Of a stretch of 64,000 nt of DNA, positions 45,847-55,353 are shown piece by piece. The position numbers and the translations under genes are program-made. The notes below the pieces were generated by a model, which had not been told where the DNA came from, did not search any database, and saw only the letters and a list, made by a program, of their open reading frames with translations. Origin of the DNA: an uncultured Alphaproteobacteria bacterium (lineage in GTDB: Bacteria; Pseudomonadota; Alphaproteobacteria; RF32; CAG-239); the NCBI GenBank assembly GCA_944392155.1, contig CALXVR010000003.1, positions 3,059 to 67,058 of the forward strand, given 5' to 3'. How positions within the stretch are numbered: position 1 is the stretch's first letter; every line of letters begins with the position of its first letter.

Positions 45847-48800
45847 CTATCCTTTCTTCTTAGGCGCAAAAGCCTCACCGATGATGGCAAACATCATCGG
45901 AACGAACAAGGTTGCCACAAAGGTTGATAATATCATACCGCCTATCATTCCCGTACCGATAGCATGACGGCTGGCCGCGCCGGCTCCCGTAGAGACAGCC
46001 AAGGGCAACACACCGAAGGTAAAGGCCAAAGAGGTCATGACAATCGGGCGGAAACGCAGCTTGGCGGCCTCAACCGCTGCTTCGGCATAACTTAAGCCTT
46101 CCTCAACCTTCATCACGGCAAATTCTACAATCAGGATGGCGTTCTTGGCCGCCAAACCAATCAAGGTTACCAGACCGACTTGGAAGTAAAGGTCGTTCTC
46201 AATACCTCTTAACCATACGGCAAGCAAAGCTCCCAAAACCGCAAAAGGTACAGAAAGCAGAACTACAAAAGGCAAAGACCATTTTTCATACTGTGCCGAC
46301 AAAATCAGGAAAATCATTATCAAACCAAAGGCAAAGGCTTGTGTGCTTGCGCCTCCTGCCAATTTCTCCTGATAAGCGGAGCCGACCCATGCCAAAGAAT
46401 AATCATTGCCTAACACTTGCTTAGCGACATCTTCCATTGCCTGAATTGCCTGACCTGAGCTATATCCCGGTGCGGGGTCGCCCATAATCTTGGCTGCAGG
46501 AAAGATATTGAAGCGGTTGACCAGTTCCGGTCCGGTTACGCGCTCAACCGTTATCAAAGTGCTTATCGGAATCAGCTCGCCATTATTTGACTTAACGTAA
46601 ACATAGCGCAAGTCATCCGGTGTGCGGCGGAATCTATCCTCTGACTGCAAGGTCACACGGAAGTTGCGCCCCATGTAGGTAAAGTCATTGACATACATAC
46701 TGCCGAATGTTGACTGCAACACGGCGTAAATGGCATTGATGGAAACATTAAGTATACGCGCTTTCTCTCTGTCCAAGTCAATCCGATATTGCGGCGTTGA
46801 AACCGAAAAGGTTGTTTTGACATTCTGTAATGCCGGATTTTCTTCAGCGGCGGCGATAAACTCGTTAACTTTGTTCATCAGCTCCTCTGAGGTTTTACCC
46901 GCGCGGTTTTGGATGTATCCTTCAAAGCCTCCGGTCATACTCAAACCCATAATCGGAGGCATACTGAATGCATAACCAATGCCTTCCGGACGGCTGAGAC
47001 CTATCCGTGTAAATACGCTTGCCAAAGTTGAGGCGGAGTTGGCAATCCCTTCTCTCTTATCCCAATCTTGCAAGGTGATGAAACTTACACCGGAATAAGT
47101 ATTTTGCGAAGAAGACAAAATATTGTAGCCATTGATGGTTAAGACATCTGCGACATCTTTATCCTTTAGGATTTCTGAAGAAACAGCATCCGTAAATTTC
47201 TCTGTTCTCGGCAGTGATGATGCCGGCGGCATATCGTAAGCCATCAACAGATTACCCATATCCTCCATCGGGACCAAGCCTCCGGGGACAATCTTAAATA
47301 ATCCCCATATGCCCAACAAAACGCCGATAAAGCAAATTATTGCCGTTTTGCGACAATGCAGAAACAGCTTTACACCACTTAGATACCATTCGGTTACTTT
47401 GTCAAAAAAGGCATTGAACCAACGGAAAAATCTTGCCGGCTCATGACCTTCTTTATGCGGCTTGATTATCAGTGCACACAAAGACGGTGTCAGCGTTAAG
47501 GCAACCAAAGCCGAAATTAAGACCGAGATGGCAATGGTTACGGAAAATTGCTGATACATAACGCCGGTCATACCACCTAAGAAAGCAATCGGCAAAAATA
47601 CGGAAGACAAAACCAAGGCTACCGCAACAACAGGGCCGGATACTTCTTCCATGGCTTTAATTGCGGCATCTTTCGGCGACAGCCCCTCCTCGGTCATTAA
47701 GCGTTCCACATTCTCCAGAACAATGATGGCATCATCCACCACAATACCAATCGCCAAAATCAGACCGAACAAGGTCAGCAGGTTTATGGAAAAGCCCAAT
47801 AAATACATTCCGGCAAAAGCACCAATGATAGACACGGGAACTGCCAAAATCGGGATTAAAGTCGCGCGGAAGTTTTGCAAGAACAAATAAACAACCAAGA
47901 TAACCAGCAAAACCGCTTCAAAAAACGTATGGATAACCTCGTTGATGGAAACATCTACAAACAAAGTTGTATCATACGGAATATCATAAACTATGCCATC
48001 AGGAAAGCGCGCCGAAAGCTCTTCCATCTTATTTTTAATCAGCTCTGCCGTTTCCAAAGCATTGGCTCCCGGCTGGAGATATATGGCAAAAGCTACCGCA
48101 TCCTCGCCGTTGAACTTAGATACAACGCTATAATCTTGCGCGCCAAGCTCTATCCTTGCGACATCTTTCAAGCGCAACAAAGCTCCGCTGTCATTGTTGC
48201 TTTTTAAGATAATGTTGCCGAACTCTTTTTCATCAACCAGACGACCTTTGGTGTTTACACTATAGGTATAAGGCTGATATTCACCCATCGGCTGTTGACC
48301 GAATTGTCCGGCGGCAAACTGCGAATTTTGCTCCTGAATCGCCGAAATGACATCCTGCGGTGTTAGGTTATAGTCTGCCAACTTATCCGGGCTGAGCCAT
48401 ATCCGCATAGAATAATCCTGCGAGGCAAACAATGAGGCATCGCCTACGCCTTTGATACGTTTTATTTCATCAATAACATTTAACAGCGCATAGTTTGAAA
48501 CATATACCGTATCATACTTATCCGAGGTGGAGCGCATCGTAACAATCTGCAAAATCGAGTTGGATTTTTCCTTAACCGTTACGCCTTGTTTGGTTACCTC
48601 GGAGGGAAGTTTCGGTGTTGCAGCCTGAACCTTGTTGTTGACGTCTATCGTGGCTTGGTCAGGGTCCGTGCCGATATCAAAAACAACACCAATCGTCAAA
48701 TATCCGCTTGAAGTGGCGTTGGAATACATATAAATCATATTCTTGACACCGTTTATTTCCTGCTCTATCGGTGCGGCAACCGTATCAGCCAAAACCTCAG

Positions 48801-48963
48801 CCGTGGCTCCGGGATATGTGGCGGTAATTTGGATTTCGGTCGGCACGATATTCGGATATTGTTCAACCGGCAAAGCCTTCATTGATACCAGACCGGCCAA
48901 AACAATAACCAATGATATAACAGTGGCAAAAATCGGACGATTGATGAAAAATTTTGAAAACAT
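45847..48963 (-). CDS. RND-family multidrug efflux permease (AcrB/HAE1-like)
   Basis: 1038 aa. The N-terminus MFSKFFINRPIFATVISLVIVLAGL is present. The 12-TM, two-large-loop layout and the conserved VVDDAIVVLENVER-like segment (VDDAIIVLENVERLM) fit this family. Confidence 0.93.
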   Translation of the reverse strand: MFSKFFINRPIFATVISLVIVLAGLVSMKALPVEQYPNIVPTEIQITATYPGATAEVLADTVAAPIEQEINGVKNMIYMYSNATSSGYLTIGVVFDIGTDPDQATIDVNNKVQAATPKLPSEVTKQGVTVKEKSNSILQIVTMRSTSDKYDTVYVSNYALLNVIDEIKRIKGVGDASLFASQDYSMRIWLSPDKLADYNLTPQDVISAIQEQNSQFAAGQFGQQPMGEYQPYTYSVNTKGRLVDEKEFGNIILKSNNDSGALLRLKDVARIELGAQDYSVVSKFNGEDAVAFAIYLQPGANALETAELIKNKMEELSARFPDGIVYDIPYDTTLFVDVSINEVIHTFFEAVLLVILVVYLFLQNFRATLIPILAVPVSIIGAFAGMYLLGFSINLLTLFGLILAIGIVVDDAIIVLENVERLMTEEGLSPKDAAIKAMEEVSGPVVAVALVLSSVFLPIAFLGGMTGVMYQQFSVTIAISVLISALVALTLTPSLCALIIKPHKEGHEPARFFRWFNAFFDKVTEWYLSGVKLFLHCRKTAIICFIGVLLGIWGLFKIVPGGLVPMEDMGNLLMAYDMPPASSLPRTEKFTDAVSSEILKDKDVADVLTINGYNILSSSQNTYSGVSFITLQDWDKREGIANSASTLASVFTRIGLSRPEGIGYAFSMPPIMGLSMTGGFEGYIQNRAGKTSEELMNKVNEFIAAAEENPALQNVKTTFSVSTPQYRIDLDREKARILNVSINAIYAVLQSTFGSMYVNDFTYMGRNFRVTLQSEDRFRRTPDDLRYVYVKSNNGELIPISTLITVERVTGPELVNRFNIFPAAKIMGDPAPGYSSGQAIQAMEDVAKQVLGNDYSLAWVGSAYQEKLAGGASTQAFAFGLIMIFLILSAQYEKWSLPFVVLLSVPFAVLGALLAVWLRGIENDLYFQVGLVTLIGLAAKNAILIVEFAVMKVEEGLSYAEAAVEAAKLRFRPIVMTSLAFTFGVLPLAVSTGAGAASRHAIGTGMIGGMILSTFVATLFVPMMFAIIGEAFAPKKKG

Positions 48964-48991
48964 GGCAACTCCTGATTGCTTATTATTTATC

Positions 48992-50425
48992 TTATCCGGC
49001 GATTAAAACTTCACTTTCAGACTGACTTAATACTTTGTCTGTGTATACTTCCGTTTCGGCGGAGCTTTCTTGCGCGGCGGAAGCCTCATTTGACGGAACT
49101 TCTTCTAAAATGATGACATTATCAGCTTTTTTATTTGCCTCATCCGAAGGATTTATGGTTTGTTCCACACTCCTTTCATCGGCATTTTCCAAGGGCAGAT
49201 ATTCAACCACGACATCATCGTTGCTGACAGCGCCTTCGTCAACTTTTGCTTCGGGCTCTGTCGGCTGAGGCACGGGAAGTTCTGATACGCTCGGTACGGA
49301 AAACTCCTTCATCTCGGCTTTAGCCGGCATTCCCGGACGAACTTTCATCAAACCATTGACAACAACGACATCTCCGGCATTGAGCCCCTTATCAATAATC
49401 CAGTTGCCTTCCGGTGTGGTCAAACCTACGGTTACCGGTACAGCCTCAACAAGACCTTGCGAATTGATGCGATAAACTGATGAACCGGTCGGGCTTTGCA
49501 TAACAGCTTCCTGAGGGACAACTATGGCATCTTTACGGATTAGACCTTCTAAGAGAAGTCTGACAAATTGACCGGGGACAAGTTTGCCTTCAGGATTGGG
49601 AAATACGGCGCGGAGTTTTAATGTGCCCGTGCTTTCATCTATGCTTGGATTGACAAAGTTTATCTCTCCATCATAGCCATAAACACTGCCGTTGCCATAT
49701 TTTACTTTGGCATAAACGGTTTTGGAATGACGCGGATTAACAATTAACCCCTGCTCCACCATTGTTCCCAACTTAAAAATCTCGTTTTCTGAGGCGGAGA
49801 AAATAACATAGGCAGGATCAAACTGTGTGATGGTTGTCATCGGCGTATTAACCGCAATTAATGATCCTTCGCTTTGGGTTTCCATACTGGTCATGCCGCT
49901 AATCGGGGCTCTGACGGTGGTATAGTTTAAGTTAAGCTGAGCGGACTTTACTTTTGCCTCGGCCAAAGCTGTGGTCGCTTTCAAGGAATCAAGGTTAGCC
50001 AAAGCCTCATCTCTTGATTTTTCGCTGACGATGCGTTCCTTAAACAACTTGGAAACACGTTTCCACTGGGTCTCGGCCGCTTTCAAATTTGCCTGATTTT
50101 GCGAGAGTTCGGCCTTTGCTTGCAAAAGTTCTACCTCAAAAGGTTCGGGGTCTATTTGGAACAAGACATCTCCTTCCTTGACCTTGGAGCCCTCTACATA
50201 ATTTCTTTTCAGCAAAATTCCGCCGACGCGTGCTCTAACCTCGGTTTCTTTGGAACCTTGAACTCTGGCGGCATATTCAAAACTCAGCTGAACATTATGC
50301 GGTTCAACCTTAATGGCCTCAACAACCGGCGCCGATGCCGGAACTGCTGCCTGATTGTTTTCATCCTTACAAGCACTTATTGTTAAAACTGCCAAAGTTG
50401 CGGCAAATACTTTTAGTCCGAACAT
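48992..50425 (-). CDS. RND efflux periplasmic adaptor (MFP, AcrA-like) with acidic C-terminal extension
   Basis: 477 aa with a lipoprotein-type signal (LAVLTISAC). The biotinyl-lipoyl and coiled-coil hairpin pattern is present (GDVLFQIDP....A.L..A...L.YT.V.APISG). The last ~110 aa are E/S/D/V-rich and of low complexity. Confidence 0.88.
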   Translation of the reverse strand: MFGLKVFAATLAVLTISACKDENNQAAVPASAPVVEAIKVEPHNVQLSFEYAARVQGSKETEVRARVGGILLKRNYVEGSKVKEGDVLFQIDPEPFEVELLQAKAELSQNQANLKAAETQWKRVSKLFKERIVSEKSRDEALANLDSLKATTALAEAKVKSAQLNLNYTTVRAPISGMTSMETQSEGSLIAVNTPMTTITQFDPAYVIFSASENEIFKLGTMVEQGLIVNPRHSKTVYAKVKYGNGSVYGYDGEINFVNPSIDESTGTLKLRAVFPNPEGKLVPGQFVRLLLEGLIRKDAIVVPQEAVMQSPTGSSVYRINSQGLVEAVPVTVGLTTPEGNWIIDKGLNAGDVVVVNGLMKVRPGMPAKAEMKEFSVPSVSELPVPQPTEPEAKVDEGAVSNDDVVVEYLPLENADERSVEQTINPSDEANKKADNVIILEEVPSNEASAAQESSAETEVYTDKVLSQSESEVLIAG

Positions 50426-50606
50426 ATTTTCCTCCTCAGAATATCAGTTATATAAAAAAATACTCTGATTTGTTCAAATTACAACTCTTATCGGAAGATG
50501 TGGATATATCAGAATGTTTTATAACCTCATTGAAATCGGTTCATCAGAGATTAGTTCTATTAAGCACAAATTTTTTTCAAATTTTGTTTTTTAAAGGAGA
50601 AATATA

Positions 50607-51191
50607 ATGACCGAAGGTGTACGTTATCCTACTTTTGCTTTTATTACCGGTGGTGCCGGACAAGCTGATGACGGTATTCCGCCGCAACCTTTTGAAACTT
50701 TCTGCTATGATTCCGCTTTACTGCAAGCTCGAATTGAAAATTTCAACATCGTTCCTTACACCTCTGTTTTGCCTAAAGAACTTTTTGGCAGAATTGTTCC
50801 TTTGAATGATAAAATCGTTAAACAATTCAAACATGGTGCCGTTTTGGAAGTGATTATGGCCGCAAACGGTGCCAGCCGTGATGACCATAAAGCTATTGCC
50901 ACAGGTATCGGCGTTTGCTGGGGAAAAAATAAAAAAGGCGAGCTCATCGGTGGTTGGGCTGCTGAATATGTGGAATATTTTGACACATTTATTGACGACG
51001 AAATTGCTCAGGGGCATGCGCAGATGTGGCTTAATAAGTCCCTTAAGCACGAGCTTGATATTCGCGGTGTTGAAAAACATTCCGAATTTCAGATGTGGCA
51101 TAACTATGTTAACATCACGCAACAGTTCGGTTACAGCCTTACAGCTATGGGCTTTTTGAACTTTGAGCATGCTGACCCTGCTCACGAATAA
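50607..51191 (+). CDS. aaxB: pyruvoyl-dependent arginine decarboxylase (chlamydial AaxB type)
   Basis: 194 aa. The segment [53 protein letters not shown] matches the PvlArgDC/AaxB family as I remember it. It includes the Thr-Ser self-cleavage site (PYT|SVLP). Confidence 0.85.
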   Translation: MTEGVRYPTFAFITGGAGQADDGIPPQPFETFCYDSALLQARIENFNIVPYTSVLPKELFGRIVPLNDKIVKQFKHGAVLEVIMAANGASRDDHKAIATGIGVCWGKNKKGELIGGWAAEYVEYFDTFIDDEIAQGHAQMWLNKSLKHELDIRGVEKHSEFQMWHNYVNITQQFGYSLTAMGFLNFEHADPAHE

Positions 51192-51256
51192 AAAATGTTT
51201 GTATCAGGAGATGCGGATAAGTTCCGCTCTCCTTTGTTTTTAAAAAGGAAAAAAAT

Positions 51257-52735
51257 ATGGCTGACAAAAAAGATGTTTCCTCTGCCTCGGGAGCTTCGCA
51301 AAAAGGCTTGGGCGTTTTGGCTCTGGCCTGCATTGTCATAAGCTCTATGATTGGCGGCGGTATTTATTCCCTGCCGCAAAATATGGCTGCCGGCGCTTCG
51401 GCCGGGGCTGTTCTTCTGGCTTGGGTTATTACGGGCTTCGGCGTATTCTTTATCGCCAACACTTTTCGCATTCTTTCTGCCGCAAAACCTGATTTGACCG
51501 CAGGTATTTATATGTATAGTCGTGAGGGCTTCGGTCCTTATGTCGGTTTTACCATCGGGTGGTCTTATTGGTTGTGCCAAATCTGCGGTAATGTCGGATA
51601 TGCCGTTATTACCATGGATGCGCTTAACTACTTCTTTCCGCCGCATTTTGCCGGTGGAAACAACCTGCCCTCCATCATCGGTGGATCTATTCTCATCTGG
51701 GGATTCAACTTTTTGGTTTTGCGTGGTATCAAGCAAGCAACCATCATCAACGCCATTGGTACGATTGCCAAAATTCTGCCGTTGGTTTTGTTTATCTTAA
51801 TCCTCTTGTTTGTCTTTGAGTTCTCAAAATTTGACTTCAACTTCTGGGGCGAACAGATGATTACCAAAGCCAAAATCGGCGGACTTTCAACCCAAATTAA
51901 AAGTACAATGCTGGTTACGCTCTGGGCCTTTATCGGTATTGAGGGTGCGGTCGTAATGTCTAAGCATGCTTCCAGCCCGCAAGCTGTCGGCAAAGCTACG
52001 GTTTTGGGCTTTATGGGCTGCTTAATCATCTATATCTTGCTCTCCTTGTTGCCGTTCGGCTTTATGTCACAGCAGGAATTAGCCGCTGTTGCCAACCCCT
52101 CAACCGCCGGAATTTTGGAAAAAATCGTTGGTCCTTGGGGTGCTTGGCTGATGAATATCGGTTTGTTGATTTCGGTTTTGACCAGCTGGCTGGCTTGGAC
52201 GATGGTTACGGCACAAATTCCGCAAGCCGCTGCGCAAAACGGAACTTTCCCCAAAGAATTTGCCATTGAGAACGAAAATCAGGCTCCGTCGGTTTCTTTG
52301 TGGGTTACAAGCGCTTTGATGCAGTTGTTTATTTTGTTGGTTTATTTTTCAAACAATGCTTGGAACACCATGCTCAGCATTACAAGCGTTATGGTTTTGC
52401 CGGCTTATTTTTCAAGCTGCGCTTATCTGTGGAAGATTTGCGAAGACGGCGATTATCCCAACAAAATATATATCAAGCGCTCCACGGCCTTGCTCTCCGG
52501 TCTTATCGGTTCGGTTTATGCTTTGTGGCTGATTTACGCCGCCGGACTTAATTATTTGCTGATGGCGGTTATCTTTATGGCATTGGGTATTCCGGTCTAT
52601 ATGTGGGCAAGACATCAAACAAGCCCAAAGGAACGCGCCTTCTCTGAAGGTGAAGCCATCCTTGCGGTGTTGCTGATTGTGATTGCTTTATGGGCGGTTT
52701 ATGCCTTGTCGCATGGTATTGTGGCACTTAACTAA
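51257..52735 (+). CDS. APC-superfamily basic amino acid/polyamine antiporter (arginine:agmatine exchanger, AaxC/ArcD-like)
   Basis: 492 aa with ~12-13 TM helices. The N-terminal [24 protein letters not shown] motif is present. It lies immediately downstream of the decarboxylase. Confidence 0.8.
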   Translation: MADKKDVSSASGASQKGLGVLALACIVISSMIGGGIYSLPQNMAAGASAGAVLLAWVITGFGVFFIANTFRILSAAKPDLTAGIYMYSREGFGPYVGFTIGWSYWLCQICGNVGYAVITMDALNYFFPPHFAGGNNLPSIIGGSILIWGFNFLVLRGIKQATIINAIGTIAKILPLVLFILILLFVFEFSKFDFNFWGEQMITKAKIGGLSTQIKSTMLVTLWAFIGIEGAVVMSKHASSPQAVGKATVLGFMGCLIIYILLSLLPFGFMSQQELAAVANPSTAGILEKIVGPWGAWLMNIGLLISVLTSWLAWTMVTAQIPQAAAQNGTFPKEFAIENENQAPSVSLWVTSALMQLFILLVYFSNNAWNTMLSITSVMVLPAYFSSCAYLWKICEDGDYPNKIYIKRSTALLSGLIGSVYALWLIYAAGLNYLLMAVIFMALGIPVYMWARHQTSPKERAFSEGEAILAVLLIVIALWAVYALSHGIVALN

Positions 52736-52754
52736 AATATTATTTTAAAAAGCC

Positions 52755-52793
52755 AAACGGTTCGGCGTCTAAAGACTACCGAACCGTTTTTTT
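52755..52793 (+). terminator. intrinsic terminator downstream of the antiporter
   Basis: Perfect 11-bp stem AAACGGTTCGG / CCGAACCGTTT, followed by a T-run. Confidence 0.8.
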
Positions 52794-52800
52794 GGTTTTG

Positions 52801-53130
52801 TTAACGATTATGAAGTGCTCTCAGAAAATCTTCCAGCTCTTCATAGTCAATTTTTTTGTCGGCTCGCCAGCAGCAGACCATATCTGCGCCACAGCCGAAC
52901 TTATTAATAATCTTCGCAATAGCCAGTGCACTGCCGTAATACATCGGCTCAATGCTCTGGTCGCGAAACTTAATAAACACCGGCAAAGACTTGGCATTCT
53001 TTACCGTTTTTTGAATAACCTTGGGGACATCCTTACGGTTATTTACTTCAACTACCAGCAGTGTTCCTGCATACTGAGCGTTAAAACCCATTGCGGTCAA
53101 CGCTTCTACTAATTCAACTTGATTACACAT
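52801..53130 (-). CDS. hypothetical protein
   Basis: 109-aa ORF, 5 nt downstream of the DUF218 gene. No family recognised. Confidence 0.5.
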   Translation of the reverse strand: MCNQVELVEALTAMGFNAQYAGTLLVVEVNNRKDVPKVIQKTVKNAKSLPVFIKFRDQSIEPMYYGSALAIAKIINKFGCGADMVCCWRADKKIDYEELEDFLRALHNR

Positions 53131-53135
53131 AGCAT

Positions 53136-54044
53136 TTAAAATTTTATGCCAAACTCAGCTGAAAACTCAAGCTGCTTTTGGGCAATTATATTTTTTTGTT
53201 CTTCTCTCATGTCAGGCAGGTGCTTTTTTAAATCCACCAGCAAGTAAACGTACTGGCAGATTTCGCGCAAGCCCATTTTGCCATTCTTAATACGGTAGCG
53301 TTTTGCCATATAGGCTGCGGCTTCTTTTACCTCATCCGATGGCTCAAAGTCCAAGGGAAGCTGAAAAGTTCCGGCATATTTGACACAACGGTCGTAGATA
53401 GATGCCAATTCGTGGAACATCATCTGGCAATTGCCTACACGCTTGCCGTTCATCCAGCAGCAGGCCTCCTCCAAGGTTTCATCAATCACATAGTAGTAAT
53501 CCTTTGGTGTATTTATCATCTCAGGATTATATTCGTGATGATATTTTTCACTTTGGATTTTAGCCATTTGCGCGGCAATTTGCTTCTTGAAAGTCCGCTC
53601 CCAACGCAAAGACAAGCGTTTGGTTACGGCAAAAACAATGTCTCCGAGTTCTTGAACCATCTGAGAAGCCACATCGCGGACATTTTCTCCGCTGTTTGTG
53701 CCTTTATCCAGAATGGCAATATTTTCCATCGGCACGCCTAGGTCGAGACAGACGTCCGCCAAACGCAAGGCTTCCGAATAAAAAATCGCATCCTTTGGTT
53801 TGAGGTGCTTTGATAAAAGCCCTAGACCGCCGATGCACAAAACTTTTGGATTTTGGTCTTCTGCTCTGGCTTTATGGTACAGCCACGCCGCATAAACAGC
53901 CGACTTGGGGTCGTCGTCTATGCAGGCAATGTATTTCACACAAACCAAACTGCCATCTTGGTTAAAGCAGTTGGTTTTTAAACACAAATGTTCATGAATC
54001 AAGTTGGCGTAATGCCAAACTAATTCTCTTTTTTTCTTGTTCAT
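53136..54044 (-). CDS. DUF218 / YdcF-like protein
   Basis: 302 aa. The segment VLCIGGLG....SEALRLADVCLDLGVPMENIAILDKGTNSGENV resembles the YdcF/ElyC DUF218 core (G.NT.EN). Confidence 0.6.
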   Translation of the reverse strand: MNKKKRELVWHYANLIHEHLCLKTNCFNQDGSLVCVKYIACIDDDPKSAVYAAWLYHKARAEDQNPKVLCIGGLGLLSKHLKPKDAIFYSEALRLADVCLDLGVPMENIAILDKGTNSGENVRDVASQMVQELGDIVFAVTKRLSLRWERTFKKQIAAQMAKIQSEKYHHEYNPEMINTPKDYYYVIDETLEEACCWMNGKRVGNCQMMFHELASIYDRCVKYAGTFQLPLDFEPSDEVKEAAAYMAKRYRIKNGKMGLREICQYVYLLVDLKKHLPDMREEQKNIIAQKQLEFSAEFGIKF

Positions 54045-54209
54045 ATACTTATTATATTAAAGGGTGATACAATCAAAAAAATGAAGAAAATTGCAGGCAT
54101 TACAATGCTTAAAAATAAAAATTATAATAAACTTGCCTACAATTATACTGAAATATGAGAATTAATGTACACTCATTTTGGCAAAATTGCAAGCATTTTG
54201 TCTAAAAAA

Positions 54210-54785
54210 TCATAAAATTTTATTTTCAGCAAAATATTTCCATAGAGGAGCGGCTTGGGTGGCTTGTTTGATGTTGTCCGTTATTAAAAGCTCCCTCACC
54301 TCATCTTGGCTCAGCAAATGAACTTGCAAGTCCTCCGAGGCATCCAGATGTCTGTCGCCAATCGGTTCAACATCTTCTGCCACAAAACAATGCGTCAAAT
54401 TATTGGTGCTGGACGGGTTGGCCGAGATAACCATATATTCTCGCCATGTTCCTCCGCCAAAGCCCGTTTCTTCCAACAGCTCTCTGCGGGCGGCCGCTTC
54501 CATATCTTTATCCGTCTTTTCGCTCACACCTGCGCAAAGCTCATAATCATTTTGCTCCAATCCGGGGCGATATTGGCTGACAAAGACAAATTTCTTATCC
54601 TTGGTTATGGCCAAAGTATTGACCCATTCCGGATATTCCAAAATATAATATTCCGGTAAGACTCGGCCGTCCGGCAGCTCATAGCTGTCCTGCCGAACCG
54701 TTAACCACGGGCGCGTATGCAAATATTTGCGCGAAAGAACTTTCCATTTGTCTTGTTTGAGCTTTTGCATCTTTTTCTCCTTCAT
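54210..54785 (-). CDS. NUDIX hydrolase (ADP-ribose pyrophosphatase-like)
   Basis: The Nudix box reads GVSEKTDKDMEAAARRELLEETGF. The start could be the internal MQKLK (54770). Confidence 0.85.
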   Translation of the reverse strand: MKEKKMQKLKQDKWKVLSRKYLHTRPWLTVRQDSYELPDGRVLPEYYILEYPEWVNTLAITKDKKFVFVSQYRPGLEQNDYELCAGVSEKTDKDMEAAARRELLEETGFGGGTWREYMVISANPSSTNNLTHCFVAEDVEPIGDRHLDASEDLQVHLLSQDEVRELLITDNIKQATQAAPLWKYFAENKIL

Positions 54786-54890
54786 TTTTGTTAAATTATA
54801 TAAAATAATTTTAAAATTTATTAACGCTCTTGATTTTAGACAAAATTTGTAGTATATTTCCTGCGTTGTCTAATTCATGTGAGAAAAATT

Positions 54891-55307
54891 ATGGATGAAG
54901 CTAAGTTATTTAATGATGGTATAGCAACTTTGCGGCAAAGGCTTAAGTCGGAAAAGAATCTTGCTGAAAAACAGGCTTTATTGTTTTATATTGATGAACT
55001 GAAAAAGCTTATTCCCTGCCCCGAAGATGAGCAATTTAGAAAGCCGGGACGCGGTATTGGCGGAAGTGGCGACAAAATCGTGTTTCAAAAACTTGTTTGC
55101 CGTGATAATGAGGGAAAACCAATATTTGATAATAATAAGCCCAAAGTTAAAACCTGTGTCTTTGATAACATAAGCACTTATATTGATTTCGTTTCTAACG
55201 GAATAAAACCACAGAAAAGAATTGCTCAATTCTATAATGGAATGTCGTTGGATGAATATATTGTCTTAACACAAATGACCTCTTCAAAACAACATCGATT
55301 TTATTAA
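54891..55307 (+). CDS. hypothetical protein
   Basis: ATG 54891 is preferred over the track GTG at 54879. 138 aa with no family recognised. Confidence 0.45.
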   Translation: MDEAKLFNDGIATLRQRLKSEKNLAEKQALLFYIDELKKLIPCPEDEQFRKPGRGIGGSGDKIVFQKLVCRDNEGKPIFDNNKPKVKTCVFDNISTYIDFVSNGIKPQKRIAQFYNGMSLDEYIVLTQMTSSKQHRFY

Positions 55308-55310
55308 AGA

Positions 55311-55340
55311 AAAACCCCGTTAAAACTAACGGGGTTTTTG
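55311..55340. terminator. bidirectional terminator between the convergent genes ending at 55307 and 55354
   Basis: AAAAACCCCGTTAAAACTAACGGGGTTTTTG: stem AAACCCCGTTA / TAACGGGGTTT. Confidence 0.8.
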
Positions 55341-55353
55341 TTACTTAAGCCAA

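Noticed and set aside
45486-45863. 125-aa plus-strand ORF opposite cutA.
   Set aside because: It is antisense to a recognisable CutA gene and starts inside the cutA terminator. Its composition is antisense-like.
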